In this document: positions 26,778 through 36,869 of the stretch, piece by piece
How positions within the stretch are numbered: position 1 is the stretch's first letter
Layout of the letters: every line of letters starts with the position of its first letter
Origin: Candidatus Levybacteria bacterium RIFCSPHIGHO2_01_FULL_40_16
Lineage (GTDB): Bacteria > Patescibacteriota > Microgenomatia > Levybacterales > UBA12049
Assembly (NCBI GenBank): GCA_001783805.1
Contig: MFNS01000001.1
Coordinates: 128,649-192,648 of the forward strand
Reading direction: 5' to 3'
Length of the DNA stretch: 64,000 bases
The notes under the pieces: generated by a model
Told to the model about the DNA's origin: nothing
The model's database searches: none
What the model saw: the letters and a program-made list of their open reading frames with translations, nothing else
Position numbers and translations under genes: made by a program

Positions 26778-28286
26778 ATGAGCGCCATCGGCTATAACCG
26801 AATAAATTACCTTATAATTTTTTCTAATCTTACTATCGTTAAAACCCTCTCTGATAATATTATAAAAATTTACCACAACAAAATCATAAGCTTTATCATC
26901 TTTATAGGGAATTAGCGTTCTTCCGTGAAGATCAGGGAGTATATGGTTTGGACTTGTGGCGATACCTACGGTTGCGTCAATTGGTGCATTAATATTCAAA
27001 TAATCAAATGACTCATTAATGCCTTCCCCCCACCACCCAAGCTGGAATAAGCGTTTTTCATAGACGTTTTTAGCTCCGCCAACGACAATATTAAAATAAT
27101 CTATGTAATAAGGCGTAATCCTTAAAAGGATGATAAATTGGTAGATAAATAACGGGATTAAAAATAATATTTTATAATTGATTTTTTTTACTAACTTTAT
27201 TACAACAGCTTCAAATCCCATTGCCGCAATTAACGCAAAGGGTATCATGATTTGAATAATATATCTGATTCCGTGTTCGCGTTTTGGGTAAAAGGACATG
27301 ATAAAAGGAATACAAAACCAAAGAATAAGCGAATACCAGATCCAATTCCTGGATCTATTAATCTTAATAGCGCCGATAAGCGCAAAAAGTAAAATTATCA
27401 AGGGGGTGGTAATAATAAAATAGACAAAGTAATACGGGATCGGGGTAAGCATAAGACGGCCGAAAAAAACTTCAGGAATTGATCTTGCCGCATTAACCCT
27501 TAAATTCATAAAGTAATTAAATTCCCATTCCAGGTGAAAAAAAGGCATTGGCCAAAAGAGAAAAAAGGTTAAAAAAGCTATACCAAAAGTCCCGAGTGTC
27601 TTATAAAAAACAGATTTTATATTCTTATCTTTCAGACTATGGTTTCTTATAAAAAGAATAATAAGCATCATTGGCGGAAGCATAATATGTGTTTCCCGCG
27701 CTAACAAAGCAAGTCCTAGGGTAATGCCCGAGAAAATCATTCTTTTTCTATTCGGTTTTTCAAGGAAAAGAAAGAACGCGAACATGCTGGCAGTAAAAAA
27801 GAACAGTCCAAGGGGTTCAAGCATGGCAATTTGGGAATGCCCTAACGGAATTGGCAGCATTGAAAAAATCATTCCCGCGGTAAAGCCGGAATATAAGGAA
27901 ATATATCTTGCGCCAATCAGGAAAACCAAAACCGCTGCAAAAGAGGTTAAAAAAACAGAAAGCATTCTGTCGTAAGTCAGATCATAGTTGTAAATCGGAA
28001 ATCCCTTATTATCCCAGCCTTTGATGTCCGGTATCGAGGCAATACCCCTTAAATATCTTGCAAGCGGAGGGTGATCGGGGGTGCCTTTCCACCAAAATTC
28101 ACTGCCAAAATCAAGATTTTTTGCGTCTCTGATATAATGCCACGCATAATCTACAAGCAGTGATTTCTCGTCCCACATTTGACCCGCTTTATTCAAATTC
28201 CAGACTCTTAGCGAAAAAGCCAAAAGAAAAATTAAAAGAGAAAGTAACGGTATAGCATATTTAATTAAAGTGTTTCTTAAATTCAT
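26751..28286 (-). CDS. GT-C glycosyltransferase, family 39/83 (PMT_2/ArnT-like)
   Basis: First periplasmic loop with the DE motif (QMWDEKSLL) and GTPDHPPLARYL. About 12 TM helices. Confidence 0.7.
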   Translation of the reverse strand: MNLRNTLIKYAIPLLSLLIFLLAFSLRVWNLNKAGQMWDEKSLLVDYAWHYIRDAKNLDFGSEFWWKGTPDHPPLARYLRGIASIPDIKGWDNKGFPIYNYDLTYDRMLSVFLTSFAAVLVFLIGARYISLYSGFTAGMIFSMLPIPLGHSQIAMLEPLGLFFFTASMFAFFLFLEKPNRKRMIFSGITLGLALLARETHIMLPPMMLIILFIRNHSLKDKNIKSVFYKTLGTFGIAFLTFFLFWPMPFFHLEWEFNYFMNLRVNAARSIPEVFFGRLMLTPIPYYFVYFIITTPLIILLFALIGAIKINRSRNWIWYSLILWFCIPFIMSFYPKREHGIRYIIQIMIPFALIAAMGFEAVVIKLVKKINYKILFLIPLFIYQFIILLRITPYYIDYFNIVVGGAKNVYEKRLFQLGWWGEGINESFDYLNINAPIDATVGIATSPNHILPDLHGRTLIPYKDDKAYDFVVVNFYNIIREGFNDSKIRKNYKVIYSVIADGAHLVEVYKRK

Positions 28287-28323
28287 TTAATCAATATCAA
28301 TATATCATACATTATATTTTTTA

Positions 28324-29121
28324 TTGATTTTCTCCACGGACTGCGCCTATAATAGACTTCATAAAGAAAGGATAATCGTGAGAAAGAAAAAAGAAAAAAA
28401 AACCTACTCTTTTAATGATGATATTGAAAGTAGCGGCCGTTATCAATATACAAATTTCAATAATTATTCAGCGTATATCGCCACAAAAAAACAATCCGAA
28501 GAACTGATAAAATTACTAAAAGATCATGCTTCAAAAAATATTAATATTTTGGATGTAGGATGCGGTGACGGCACATTTACATTTGAAATTTTAAAAGAAG
28601 TTAACCCTAAAAAAATAATCGGATTCGACTACGCTCAATCCGCGATACGCGTTGCGAATAAGTCGGTTGAGCCAAGAATGCAAGGTAAGATAGAATTTTT
28701 ACATAGAGATGTCTATAATGTGCATAAAATGTTTAAGAAAAATTCTTTCGACGTTATAGTAATTAGAGGTGTCTTACATCATCTAACTAGACCAGAACAG
28801 GCAATTAAATCACTCAGAAACCTTTCAAATAAAATTATAGTATTGGAACCAAACGGGTTCAATCCTATCTTAAAATTCATAGAGAATACATCTTCATACC
28901 ATCTACGCCGCGGAGAAAAATCGTATTGGCCTCCGACGATTAATAAATGGTTTGAGAATAATGGCTTTAGAACAAGAAAACAATTATTTTTCAGTATTGT
29001 TCCGTATTTCTGTCCCAAAAATGTTGTAAAAATATTAAAGTTTATAGAGCCGGTTATGGAGAAAGTGCCATTCTTAAAATTATTTTATTGCGGAACAAAC
29101 CTAATTTATTATGAAAAATAA
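28324..29121 (+). CDS. class I SAM-dependent methyltransferase
   Basis: Motif I ILDVGCGDGTFTFEIL, post-I FDVIVIRGVLHHL. Confidence 0.7.
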   Translation: MIFSTDCAYNRLHKERIIVRKKKEKKTYSFNDDIESSGRYQYTNFNNYSAYIATKKQSEELIKLLKDHASKNINILDVGCGDGTFTFEILKEVNPKKIIGFDYAQSAIRVANKSVEPRMQGKIEFLHRDVYNVHKMFKKNSFDVIVIRGVLHHLTRPEQAIKSLRNLSNKIIVLEPNGFNPILKFIENTSSYHLRRGEKSYWPPTINKWFENNGFRTRKQLFFSIVPYFCPKNVVKILKFIEPVMEKVPFLKLFYCGTNLIYYEK

Positions 29122-30724
29122 CATATTCTTAATTATTCTGATTGCATTGTATGGTGTCGTGATGTTTTCGGTTATTTCGTGGGGAGTGCCAACAGGAACG
29201 CGTCCGTTTACCTACAATATGGATGAGTGGCACCAGCTGGAAGCTGTGAGGGCTCTTTTTACTCGGGGTACTCCCAATGTTCCGGGCGCTGCGCATGGAT
29301 CAATTTTTCAATTTCTTGTATCCGGGATTTATCTGATTCCCTTTGTTTTTCTCGGACTTGTTAATCCTTTTACAATTCATTCATCAATCGATAATCCTGC
29401 AATGCAGGAGCGGTTATTTGTCATTTTGCGTTCAAACACTTTACTGTTTGGAGTTTTGTCAATAATTGTAGTTGCAATAACTGCAAAAAAATATCTTAAG
29501 ACCAATCCCGCTTTTGCCGCAATTCTAATGATGGGAACTCCCATTTGGCTGACACTAAGCAGTTATTTTAAGTATGATGTAGCATTGATTTTTTGGATTG
29601 CACTCTCCTTATTCTTCCTTTTGAGATATGCAAAAAAACCTACTTTAAGAAACTTTATTTATTCTGCGATTCCTTGCGCCTTATCGCTTGCGACGAAAGT
29701 CTCTGCCGTTCCAATGCTGATAATTTATTCTTTTAGTTTTTTTTGGTTTACTCCACATTGGCGTAAAAATTATAAATATCTAGTATTGGGAATTATTACT
29801 TTTCTAGGAATTTTCATAATCTTAGGGGTTCCTGATCTAATTTTTAGATGGAGTGATTATTCGGAATATTTGTCTTCAAATCTGATTACCGCCGTACAAA
29901 ACGATAACAATTATCTATTAGGAGTTTCAAATAAATGGATTTACATTCTCTTTACAATATTTCCAATGATTTTTGGTCACATTTTCTATGTATTATTTTT
30001 TATAACCTTCATATATTGGTTTATTAAAATAATAAAACTATTTCAAGTAAAAAAACATGTTAATTATAAAAGTGAGATTTTTTTATTTTTCTCGTTAAAA
30101 ATTTTTCTTTTATCTTTGGTCCCTTTGGGCTTGGGGGCAACGGGAAACAGATCGCTAGTTCTTCTCCCGTTTTTCGCATTGTTATCGGCAAAATTTATAG
30201 CTAATATTCTGAAGCTTAAGAAATATAAGCTGTATCTCGTTATCTCAATAAGTATTTTGATATTGCTGCAATTTCATGAATCGTCAGTAGTAATTACTGC
30301 AAAATACAATAAAAGTGCTCTACAAAGATCATCAGATTGGATAGTTAAAAATATACATAAGGACACAGTTGTTGGCATAGAAAATATACCAATTTATCAA
30401 ACGCTTCCGGACATCATGCTTAAAGAATATTATTTAAGTACATCAAACAAGCATGTAAAAACAAACTACGCGTATGAAATTGTAAATTCATTATCGGAAA
30501 AACTTCCCGAGGTTGTGATTATTACCAATAGATATATGCATGAGGAATTCGTAATAAAATCCCCAAAGAAAGATCTGTTAAAACGTCTTAAAAGAGAAAA
30601 TTATAAAGTTGTTGGTGAATTTATGCCAAACCCGCAATTGTACAAACTTTTCTATAACGATTTAGATTATTATCAATCAGGTTTAAATTTTGTATTCCCG
30701 GTGACAATATACGAGAAAGGCTAA
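29111..30724 (+). CDS. polytopic membrane protein, probable GT-C glycosyltransferase
   Basis: N-terminal TM helix followed by a loop with YNMDEWHQLEA (DE motif), then many TM helices and a C-terminal soluble domain. Confidence 0.55.
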   Translation: MKNNIFLIILIALYGVVMFSVISWGVPTGTRPFTYNMDEWHQLEAVRALFTRGTPNVPGAAHGSIFQFLVSGIYLIPFVFLGLVNPFTIHSSIDNPAMQERLFVILRSNTLLFGVLSIIVVAITAKKYLKTNPAFAAILMMGTPIWLTLSSYFKYDVALIFWIALSLFFLLRYAKKPTLRNFIYSAIPCALSLATKVSAVPMLIIYSFSFFWFTPHWRKNYKYLVLGIITFLGIFIILGVPDLIFRWSDYSEYLSSNLITAVQNDNNYLLGVSNKWIYILFTIFPMIFGHIFYVLFFITFIYWFIKIIKLFQVKKHVNYKSEIFLFFSLKIFLLSLVPLGLGATGNRSLVLLPFFALLSAKFIANILKLKKYKLYLVISISILILLQFHESSVVITAKYNKSALQRSSDWIVKNIHKDTVVGIENIPIYQTLPDIMLKEYYLSTSNKHVKTNYAYEIVNSLSEKLPEVVIITNRYMHEEFVIKSPKKDLLKRLKRENYKVVGEFMPNPQLYKLFYNDLDYYQSGLNFVFPVTIYEKG

Positions 30725-30741
30725 ATGGGCTATAATGCGGT

Positions 30742-31965
30742 ATGGGTTATTCGGGTAATGTTATAAAAGGAGCTTCTTGGATGAGCGGATTTAGGATCTT
30801 TACGAGAGCACTTTCTTTCTTGAAGATGGCAGTGCTAGCCAGAGTATTGACCCCTTCGCAATTTGGTATTTTCGGCATTGCAACACTTGTTTTAATGCTT
30901 CTTGAAATGCTTACGGAAACAGGTATAAATATTATTCTAATTCAATCAAAAAATAAAATTGACGAATATATCAGTTCAGCTTGGATAGTTTCTATTATCA
31001 GGGGTATATTTATTAGCTTGTGTATTATTCTGTCAACTTCTTTCATAACCTCTTTTTTTAATGCGCCCGAAGCATTTAACATTTTGCTTTTAATTAGCGC
31101 AATACCATTCATTCGGGGATTTATTAATCCCGCCGAAGTAAAATTGCAGAAAGATTTAAAATTTCATTATGAATTTTGGTTCAGGACTTCTATTTTTACT
31201 TTTGACGTAATCGTGACTCTAATTCTCGTAGTTTTAACTCGTTCCGTTTATGGTCTTGTGTGGGGATTGATGGCGGGAGCTTTGCTTGAAGTTGCAATTT
31301 CTTTTATTTTGATAAGACCGTTACCGAAGCTGAATGTCCGTAAAAATTACTTTAAGGAAATCTTTCACAAAGGAAAATGGGTAACGGCTTACGGTTTTTT
31401 TAATTATATTGCTCAACAAGGAGGCAATATCGTAGTTGGAAGGGTTATGGGGGCATCCGCATTGGGAATTTATGGAATTGCCTACAATATCTCGACTCTT
31501 CCGATATCTGAAATTACAGACGTAATCAGTAAGGTAGTTTTTCCTGTCTACGCGAAAATAGCGGGAGACATACAAAGATTAAAGTCTGCATTTATTAAGA
31601 GTACATTGGTCATTGCTTCATTAACAACAATAATGGGCGCAGTTCTTTTCTTATTCCCAAGTCAGATAATCACTATTGTTTTGGGAAGCAAATGGTTATC
31701 CGCTATTCCCGTTTTAAAAATACTCGTAGTCTATAGCGTACTTAGGGCGATATCGGGATCAGCATCGGCGTTATTTTTGGGAGTAGAAAAACAAAAATAT
31801 GTGACCAACATGACGTTTCTACGTTTTGCCGGACTTGCTATAACAATTTATCCTCTGGTTAAAATGTTTGGTTTAGTTGGTGCGGGATATTCCGCTTTAA
31901 TTTCCGTGATCGTTGAGATTCCTGTTATTGCGTATTACGTTGTTAAAGTTTTCAAAAATAAATAA
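30742..31965 (+). CDS. wzx: oligosaccharide/polysaccharide flippase (Wzx/MOP superfamily)
   Basis: About 12 TM helices, with a typical Wzx N-terminus (basic loop, ARVLTPSQFGIFGIATLV) and GKWVTAYGF...VVGRVMGASALGIY blocks. Confidence 0.7.
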   Translation: MGYSGNVIKGASWMSGFRIFTRALSFLKMAVLARVLTPSQFGIFGIATLVLMLLEMLTETGINIILIQSKNKIDEYISSAWIVSIIRGIFISLCIILSTSFITSFFNAPEAFNILLLISAIPFIRGFINPAEVKLQKDLKFHYEFWFRTSIFTFDVIVTLILVVLTRSVYGLVWGLMAGALLEVAISFILIRPLPKLNVRKNYFKEIFHKGKWVTAYGFFNYIAQQGGNIVVGRVMGASALGIYGIAYNISTLPISEITDVISKVVFPVYAKIAGDIQRLKSAFIKSTLVIASLTTIMGAVLFLFPSQIITIVLGSKWLSAIPVLKILVVYSVLRAISGSASALFLGVEKQKYVTNMTFLRFAGLAITIYPLVKMFGLVGAGYSALISVIVEIPVIAYYVVKVFKNK

Positions 31966-33090
31966 ATGAAAATTGCAGTATTTTATAATTTAAAATTCAG
32001 CGGAGCAAAGCGAACCGTACAAGAACACGTAAAAGGATTAAAGGCCCTTGGGCACACTGTTGATGTGTATACTACCGATGAAGAGCATGATATTTTTGAT
32101 CCAAGAAATGTTGCCAGTAATGAATATAGATATGAATACCGGCAAATAATAGTTTACATTCCGCTTTTGAAGCGTATTGTCAGAGATTTAAGTGATTTTG
32201 ACGTACTTAAATCGATTCACAGAAAAATTGCACTAGACATAGACAACAGAAATTATGACATTGTTCTTGTTCATACGGACAGAATGACGCAAGCTCCGTT
32301 TATTTTGCGTTTTTTGAAAACGAAAAATGTTTATTTCTGTATGGAACCGTTAAAAATGGTTTATGAATATGGCTTGAGGATTCCCGATAACCTTTCCGTT
32401 TTTAATAAGATATATGAAGCATGGAATCGATATATGCGTAAAAAGATTGACAGGAAGAATGCTAGAGCTTCCGATTTCTCAATGGCAATAAGTTATTTTG
32501 GAAGAGAATTGATGATTCAGGCTTTTGACCTATATCCAAAAATTTCTTATTTAGGGGTAGATACAGAAAAATTTAAAAATTTGAATATTCCTAAAAAAAA
32601 CCAAGTTCTTTTTGTTGGTCAAAAATTAAAACTTAACGGATATGAACAAGCGCTGGAAGCAATTAAGCTCATTCCTGAAAAAATCAGGCCGGAATTAAAA
32701 ATTCTCTCAATATCAAAAAACAGCCGTGAACGGTTGTCGGATGGAGAGATAATAAAATTATATAATGAATCTTTGATTACCTTATCATTAAGTAACCTTG
32801 ACACGTTTGGGCTTGTAGCACTTGAATCACTGGCATGTGAGGTTCCCGTGATTGCCTTTAATGTTGCAGGCTATCGGGAAACGATGATAAATGGGGAGAC
32901 CGGATATCTCGTTAATTTTTCGGCTCAAGAAATTGCCAATAAAATAACAAAACTTTTAAAAAATCCAAAACTTAGAACTGTGATGGGAAAAGCAGGAAGG
33001 AAATGGGTTGAAGAACAATGGACATGGAAAAAACAGATTAAAAATCTTGAAACATTACTTATTGAATATGCAGGCAATAAGAGAAGCTAA
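31966..33090 (+). CDS. glycosyltransferase family 4
   Basis: C-terminal GT-B motif LACEVPVIAFNVAGYRETMINGETGYLV (E-x7-E region). Confidence 0.8.
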   Translation: MKIAVFYNLKFSGAKRTVQEHVKGLKALGHTVDVYTTDEEHDIFDPRNVASNEYRYEYRQIIVYIPLLKRIVRDLSDFDVLKSIHRKIALDIDNRNYDIVLVHTDRMTQAPFILRFLKTKNVYFCMEPLKMVYEYGLRIPDNLSVFNKIYEAWNRYMRKKIDRKNARASDFSMAISYFGRELMIQAFDLYPKISYLGVDTEKFKNLNIPKKNQVLFVGQKLKLNGYEQALEAIKLIPEKIRPELKILSISKNSRERLSDGEIIKLYNESLITLSLSNLDTFGLVALESLACEVPVIAFNVAGYRETMINGETGYLVNFSAQEIANKITKLLKNPKLRTVMGKAGRKWVEEQWTWKKQIKNLETLLIEYAGNKRS

Positions 33091-33916
33091 AAATTATAAG
33101 GTAAAAGAAAGTTTTCTAATCCACTTTCTTGAGAAATATTGGTTTATCCCGTCTGACGTGTTGCAGCGGGGGGTAGAAGCAAACATTTGGGATTTGTGTA
33201 GTTTTAAAAAACCGATACTTGATATCGGAATTGGGAATGGACAAATGAGTAATTTTATTTTTAAGAATAGCCCGCAGATAGATGTCGGGATTGATTTGGA
33301 GGAAGGCGGTCTGGAAAGCGCTAGGAAAACAAACAAATACATAAAAGTGCTTCAAGCTAATGCAGAGAACATGCCTTTTAAAAACGCATCGTTTAATTCC
33401 GTTGTCAGCAATAGTACGTTTGAACACATCGTTAATGACCTTAAGGCGATATCAGAAGTATCACGTGTCTTAGAAAAGGGCGGCCTGTTTTTTACAACTA
33501 TACCAAGTGGATATTTGCAAAAATGGATCTTGGAATATGAAAAAGTGAAAAATAAAGCAAAATCGCAAGAAAATTTAAGGATTTTCAATAAAAGAGCAAA
33601 TCACCTGCATTATAGATCCCTAGCTAATTGGAAAAAGATCTTTAGAGACAATAGCCTTAAGCTTGTGTTCCATAAATATTATTTTCCAAAAAAAACCGCT
33701 TTATTTTGGTACAAACTTTTTAAAATATTTACCTATAAATTGCACGGTCGTGAAATGTGGTCAATTATTGTCAATTCTAGAATAACTAAATTTATTCCTA
33801 AAGATCTGGTGATAAAATATTTGAAAAATATGCTTTTGAAAAACGTTTATGAAAAAGGTTTTTTTGTCAATTCCGGTAATGGCGCTCAATTATTTATGAT
33901 AGTAAGAAAGATATAG
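33068..33916 (+). CDS. class I SAM-dependent methyltransferase
   Basis: Motif I ILDIGIGNGQMS, VLEKGGLFFTTIP block. The listed ORF starts at 33008; the internal ATG at 33068 reduces overlap with the upstream GT4. Confidence 0.65.
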   Translation: MQAIREAKNYKVKESFLIHFLEKYWFIPSDVLQRGVEANIWDLCSFKKPILDIGIGNGQMSNFIFKNSPQIDVGIDLEEGGLESARKTNKYIKVLQANAENMPFKNASFNSVVSNSTFEHIVNDLKAISEVSRVLEKGGLFFTTIPSGYLQKWILEYEKVKNKAKSQENLRIFNKRANHLHYRSLANWKKIFRDNSLKLVFHKYYFPKKTALFWYKLFKIFTYKLHGREMWSIIVNSRITKFIPKDLVIKYLKNMLLKNVYEKGFFVNSGNGAQLFMIVRKI

Positions 33917-33927
33917 TTGTTAAACTT

Positions 33928-36126
33928 ATGGTATCGATAATAATTGTCAATTATAGGGTTGAAAAAGAATTGACGGTTTGCATTTCTTCTATTTTAGAGT
34001 CAAAGCCGAAAGTAAAATTTGAAATAATTGTTGTTGATAATAGCTCAAGCGATAGGTTGAGGGAAGACTTAAGAAAAATCTCTCAAATAAAATATATAAG
34101 AAGCAAAAGAAATATTGGATTCGGAGCAGGAAACAATCTAGGCAATAAATTTGCATCAGGAAAATATCTATTTTTCTTAAATCCGGATACGATCGTAAAA
34201 AAAAGCGTTGTCGATGTCCTTTATAATTTTATGGATAATAATTCAAGCGCTGGCATGATTGCACCGCTTCTTCTTGATCCTTCTGGAAATACATATCCCA
34301 ATCAGGGAAGTAATGAGTATAATTTAGTAAGCGCTTTAGTTACGGAGTCTTTTATAAATAAACTTTTCCCCAATAATCCAATCTCAAAAAACTTTTTTCA
34401 CAAAAATTGGGCAAAAAATGAAACTGAGGAATTTGATGTTGTTCCGGGTACTGCGTTTATGATTTCTAAAGATCTTTTTGAAAAAATCGGAATGTTTGAT
34501 GAAAAATTCTTTTTATATTTTGAAGAATACGATTTGGCAAAAAGGATAAAAGAACTGGAATATAAAAATTATATTGTTCCGCAGGCAAAAGTAATACATG
34601 TATGGGAAGCGAGCGCTAAAAAAAGAAAAGATATAAATAATATTTTTTCTCAAAGCCGTCATTATTTTTTTAAAAAAAACTATGGAGCGCTTTTTGCCTC
34701 AATTGTCAACATTGTCTCAAGCATAGGTAAATTTGAGTTTATTTTAGGTTTCATTCTTGGTATCTCCGTCTTTTTGAGTTTATTCAGAATTAGAGAATTA
34801 ATGATTTTTATAGGTGATCAGGGGTGGTTTTATCTGTCGGCCAGAGACATGCTGATAAACGGCCAAATTCCGCTTGTGGGTATTGCTTCAAGCCATCCCT
34901 GGCTGCATCAAGGCCCATTCTGGACATACTTGCTGGCTTCTTTTCTTTGGATATTTCACTTTAATCCTGTTTCGGGAGCATATCTTACCGCTTTTCTAGG
35001 AGCTTTATCGGTTTTGATGATGTATTTAGTCGGATCAGCTCTTTTTTCAAAAAGAGTAGGTTTATTGGCGTCCTTATTTTATGCAACATCACCTTTGATA
35101 ATTTTCTATATGCGGTTGCCATATCACACGAGTCCAATTCCTTTTTTTGTTCTGATTTATATTTTTTTCCTAAATAAAGTCGTCCAGGGCAAATCAATTT
35201 ATCTGCCGATGACATTAACACTGTTAAGCATTCTTTATAATTTTGAAATCGCAACTTCTACTCTTGGAGTGGTTCTCGTCGGGGTGTTAATATGCAAAAT
35301 AATTAAAAAAAAGATTCTTATTAATAAAATTTTAAATAAAAAAATTGTAATATTGTCTGTAATTGCATTTATAACTCCCCTATTGCCTATGATATTGTAC
35401 GACGTGAAAAATGGATTTCCGCAAACTTTAAAATTTGCTGCCTGGAGCCTCTATAGATCGGTTTCGTTGTTTGGGGATAATCCGCAACAAACGTTTTCAA
35501 TAAATAAAATTATTATCATGTTTAATTTTTTATTTATTAATTTTACAAAAATAATTTTTGTTCAAAGTAATTTAGTTTCCTTAATAATTCTTTTATTCTT
35601 GATAGGTTGGGTTATCTATATGCGGTTGAAGAAAAAAAAAGCCGGCTCATTCAGTTTAGTTTTCCTTTTGGTTTTCATTCCACTTATGCTTGTTATTTTT
35701 AATCAAGTTCCGTCGGATGCATATCTTCCTATATTTTTTCCAACTATAATTCTCCTTTTATCCGCATTTATAGATTTTATTATGAATAAAAAAGCAATGT
35801 TTATTCCGGTATCTATCCTTATAATCATCTTAGCTGCGGGCAATATTAACTTTATGTTAAAAAATGATTTTGCGTTTGATAAACCAAGCAAGTTATTTAC
35901 CCTAGATAACCGTTTGCAGGCAGTACATCAAATATTGGATATAACAGGAAATAGAAACTATAATTTAAAAGGTAAAGGACAGGGAAGTCAATTTGAAAGT
36001 TTTACCATGAATTACGAATATCTGGCCTGGTGGTTAGGCCATGGGCCGTCAACGAATAACGAAAATCTTAGGATATATGTATCGGAATCCGTAAAAGGTA
36101 TAAAAATAGAGGAAGATAATAAATGA
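33928..36126 (+). CDS. bifunctional glycosyltransferase: N-terminal GT2 fused to C-terminal GT-C (PMT_2/ArnT-like) membrane domain
   Basis: N-terminus VSIIIVNYRVEKEL...EIIVVDNSSSDRL (GT2). After about residue 270, about 12 TM helices with the loop FIGDQGWFYLSARDML (DE-like motif). Confidence 0.7.
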   Translation: MVSIIIVNYRVEKELTVCISSILESKPKVKFEIIVVDNSSSDRLREDLRKISQIKYIRSKRNIGFGAGNNLGNKFASGKYLFFLNPDTIVKKSVVDVLYNFMDNNSSAGMIAPLLLDPSGNTYPNQGSNEYNLVSALVTESFINKLFPNNPISKNFFHKNWAKNETEEFDVVPGTAFMISKDLFEKIGMFDEKFFLYFEEYDLAKRIKELEYKNYIVPQAKVIHVWEASAKKRKDINNIFSQSRHYFFKKNYGALFASIVNIVSSIGKFEFILGFILGISVFLSLFRIRELMIFIGDQGWFYLSARDMLINGQIPLVGIASSHPWLHQGPFWTYLLASFLWIFHFNPVSGAYLTAFLGALSVLMMYLVGSALFSKRVGLLASLFYATSPLIIFYMRLPYHTSPIPFFVLIYIFFLNKVVQGKSIYLPMTLTLLSILYNFEIATSTLGVVLVGVLICKIIKKKILINKILNKKIVILSVIAFITPLLPMILYDVKNGFPQTLKFAAWSLYRSVSLFGDNPQQTFSINKIIIMFNFLFINFTKIIFVQSNLVSLIILLFLIGWVIYMRLKKKKAGSFSLVFLLVFIPLMLVIFNQVPSDAYLPIFFPTIILLLSAFIDFIMNKKAMFIPVSILIIILAAGNINFMLKNDFAFDKPSKLFTLDNRLQAVHQILDITGNRNYNLKGKGQGSQFESFTMNYEYLAWWLGHGPSTNNENLRIYVSESVKGIKIEEDNK

Positions 36127-36869
36127 TTAGCGTAGTAATTTTAACAAAAAATGAAGAAGAAAATATCGCAAGATGTCTGGAGTCAGTCAGATGGTGCAAT
36201 GAAATTATTATCGTTGATGATAATTCAACTGATAGAACTATTGAAATTGCTAAAAAATATAAAACAGCAATATACTCGCGTACATTAAATAATGATTTTT
36301 CGTCTCAACGCAATTTCGGATTATCCAAATGCAAAAACGAATGGATGCTTTTTCTCGATAGTGACGAGGTAATTTCGGATCCGTTAGTTTATGAGATGCA
36401 AAACGCAATTAGCCTTAAAGATCAAAATTTAAGAAACTTTAACGGATTTTATCTCAGAAGATCGGATTTTATGTGGGGAAAACGCCTAGAACACGGAGAA
36501 ACAAATATAAAATTATTAAGATTGGGAAGAAAAGGAACGGGCATTTGGAAAGGTATCGCTCATGAGAGATGGAATATTGAAGGTTTGGTTGGAAATTTGA
36601 TAAATCCCATACTTCATTACCCTCACAGAAATCTGGAAGAATTCCTTAGGGAAATAAATTTCTATACGGACATTAGGGCAAAGGAATTAAAAGATAAAAA
36701 CGTTAAGGTGTTTTTCTGGTCGATACTTTTATACCCCATAGGCAAATTCTTAGTTAATTATTTTATCAGAGGTGGATTTCTAGATGGAATTCATGGTTTG
36801 GTTATCGCAATAACTATGTCCTTCCATTCATTTTTGGTTAGGGGTAAGTTGTGGATAAGAAATGAATAA
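36123..36869 (+). CDS. glycosyltransferase family 2
   Basis: ISVVILTKNEEENIARCLESV...IIIVDDNSTDRT and the DSDE (DxD) motif. Confidence 0.8.
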   Translation: MISVVILTKNEEENIARCLESVRWCNEIIIVDDNSTDRTIEIAKKYKTAIYSRTLNNDFSSQRNFGLSKCKNEWMLFLDSDEVISDPLVYEMQNAISLKDQNLRNFNGFYLRRSDFMWGKRLEHGETNIKLLRLGRKGTGIWKGIAHERWNIEGLVGNLINPILHYPHRNLEEFLREINFYTDIRAKELKDKNVKVFFWSILLYPIGKFLVNYFIRGGFLDGIHGLVIAITMSFHSFLVRGKLWIRNE

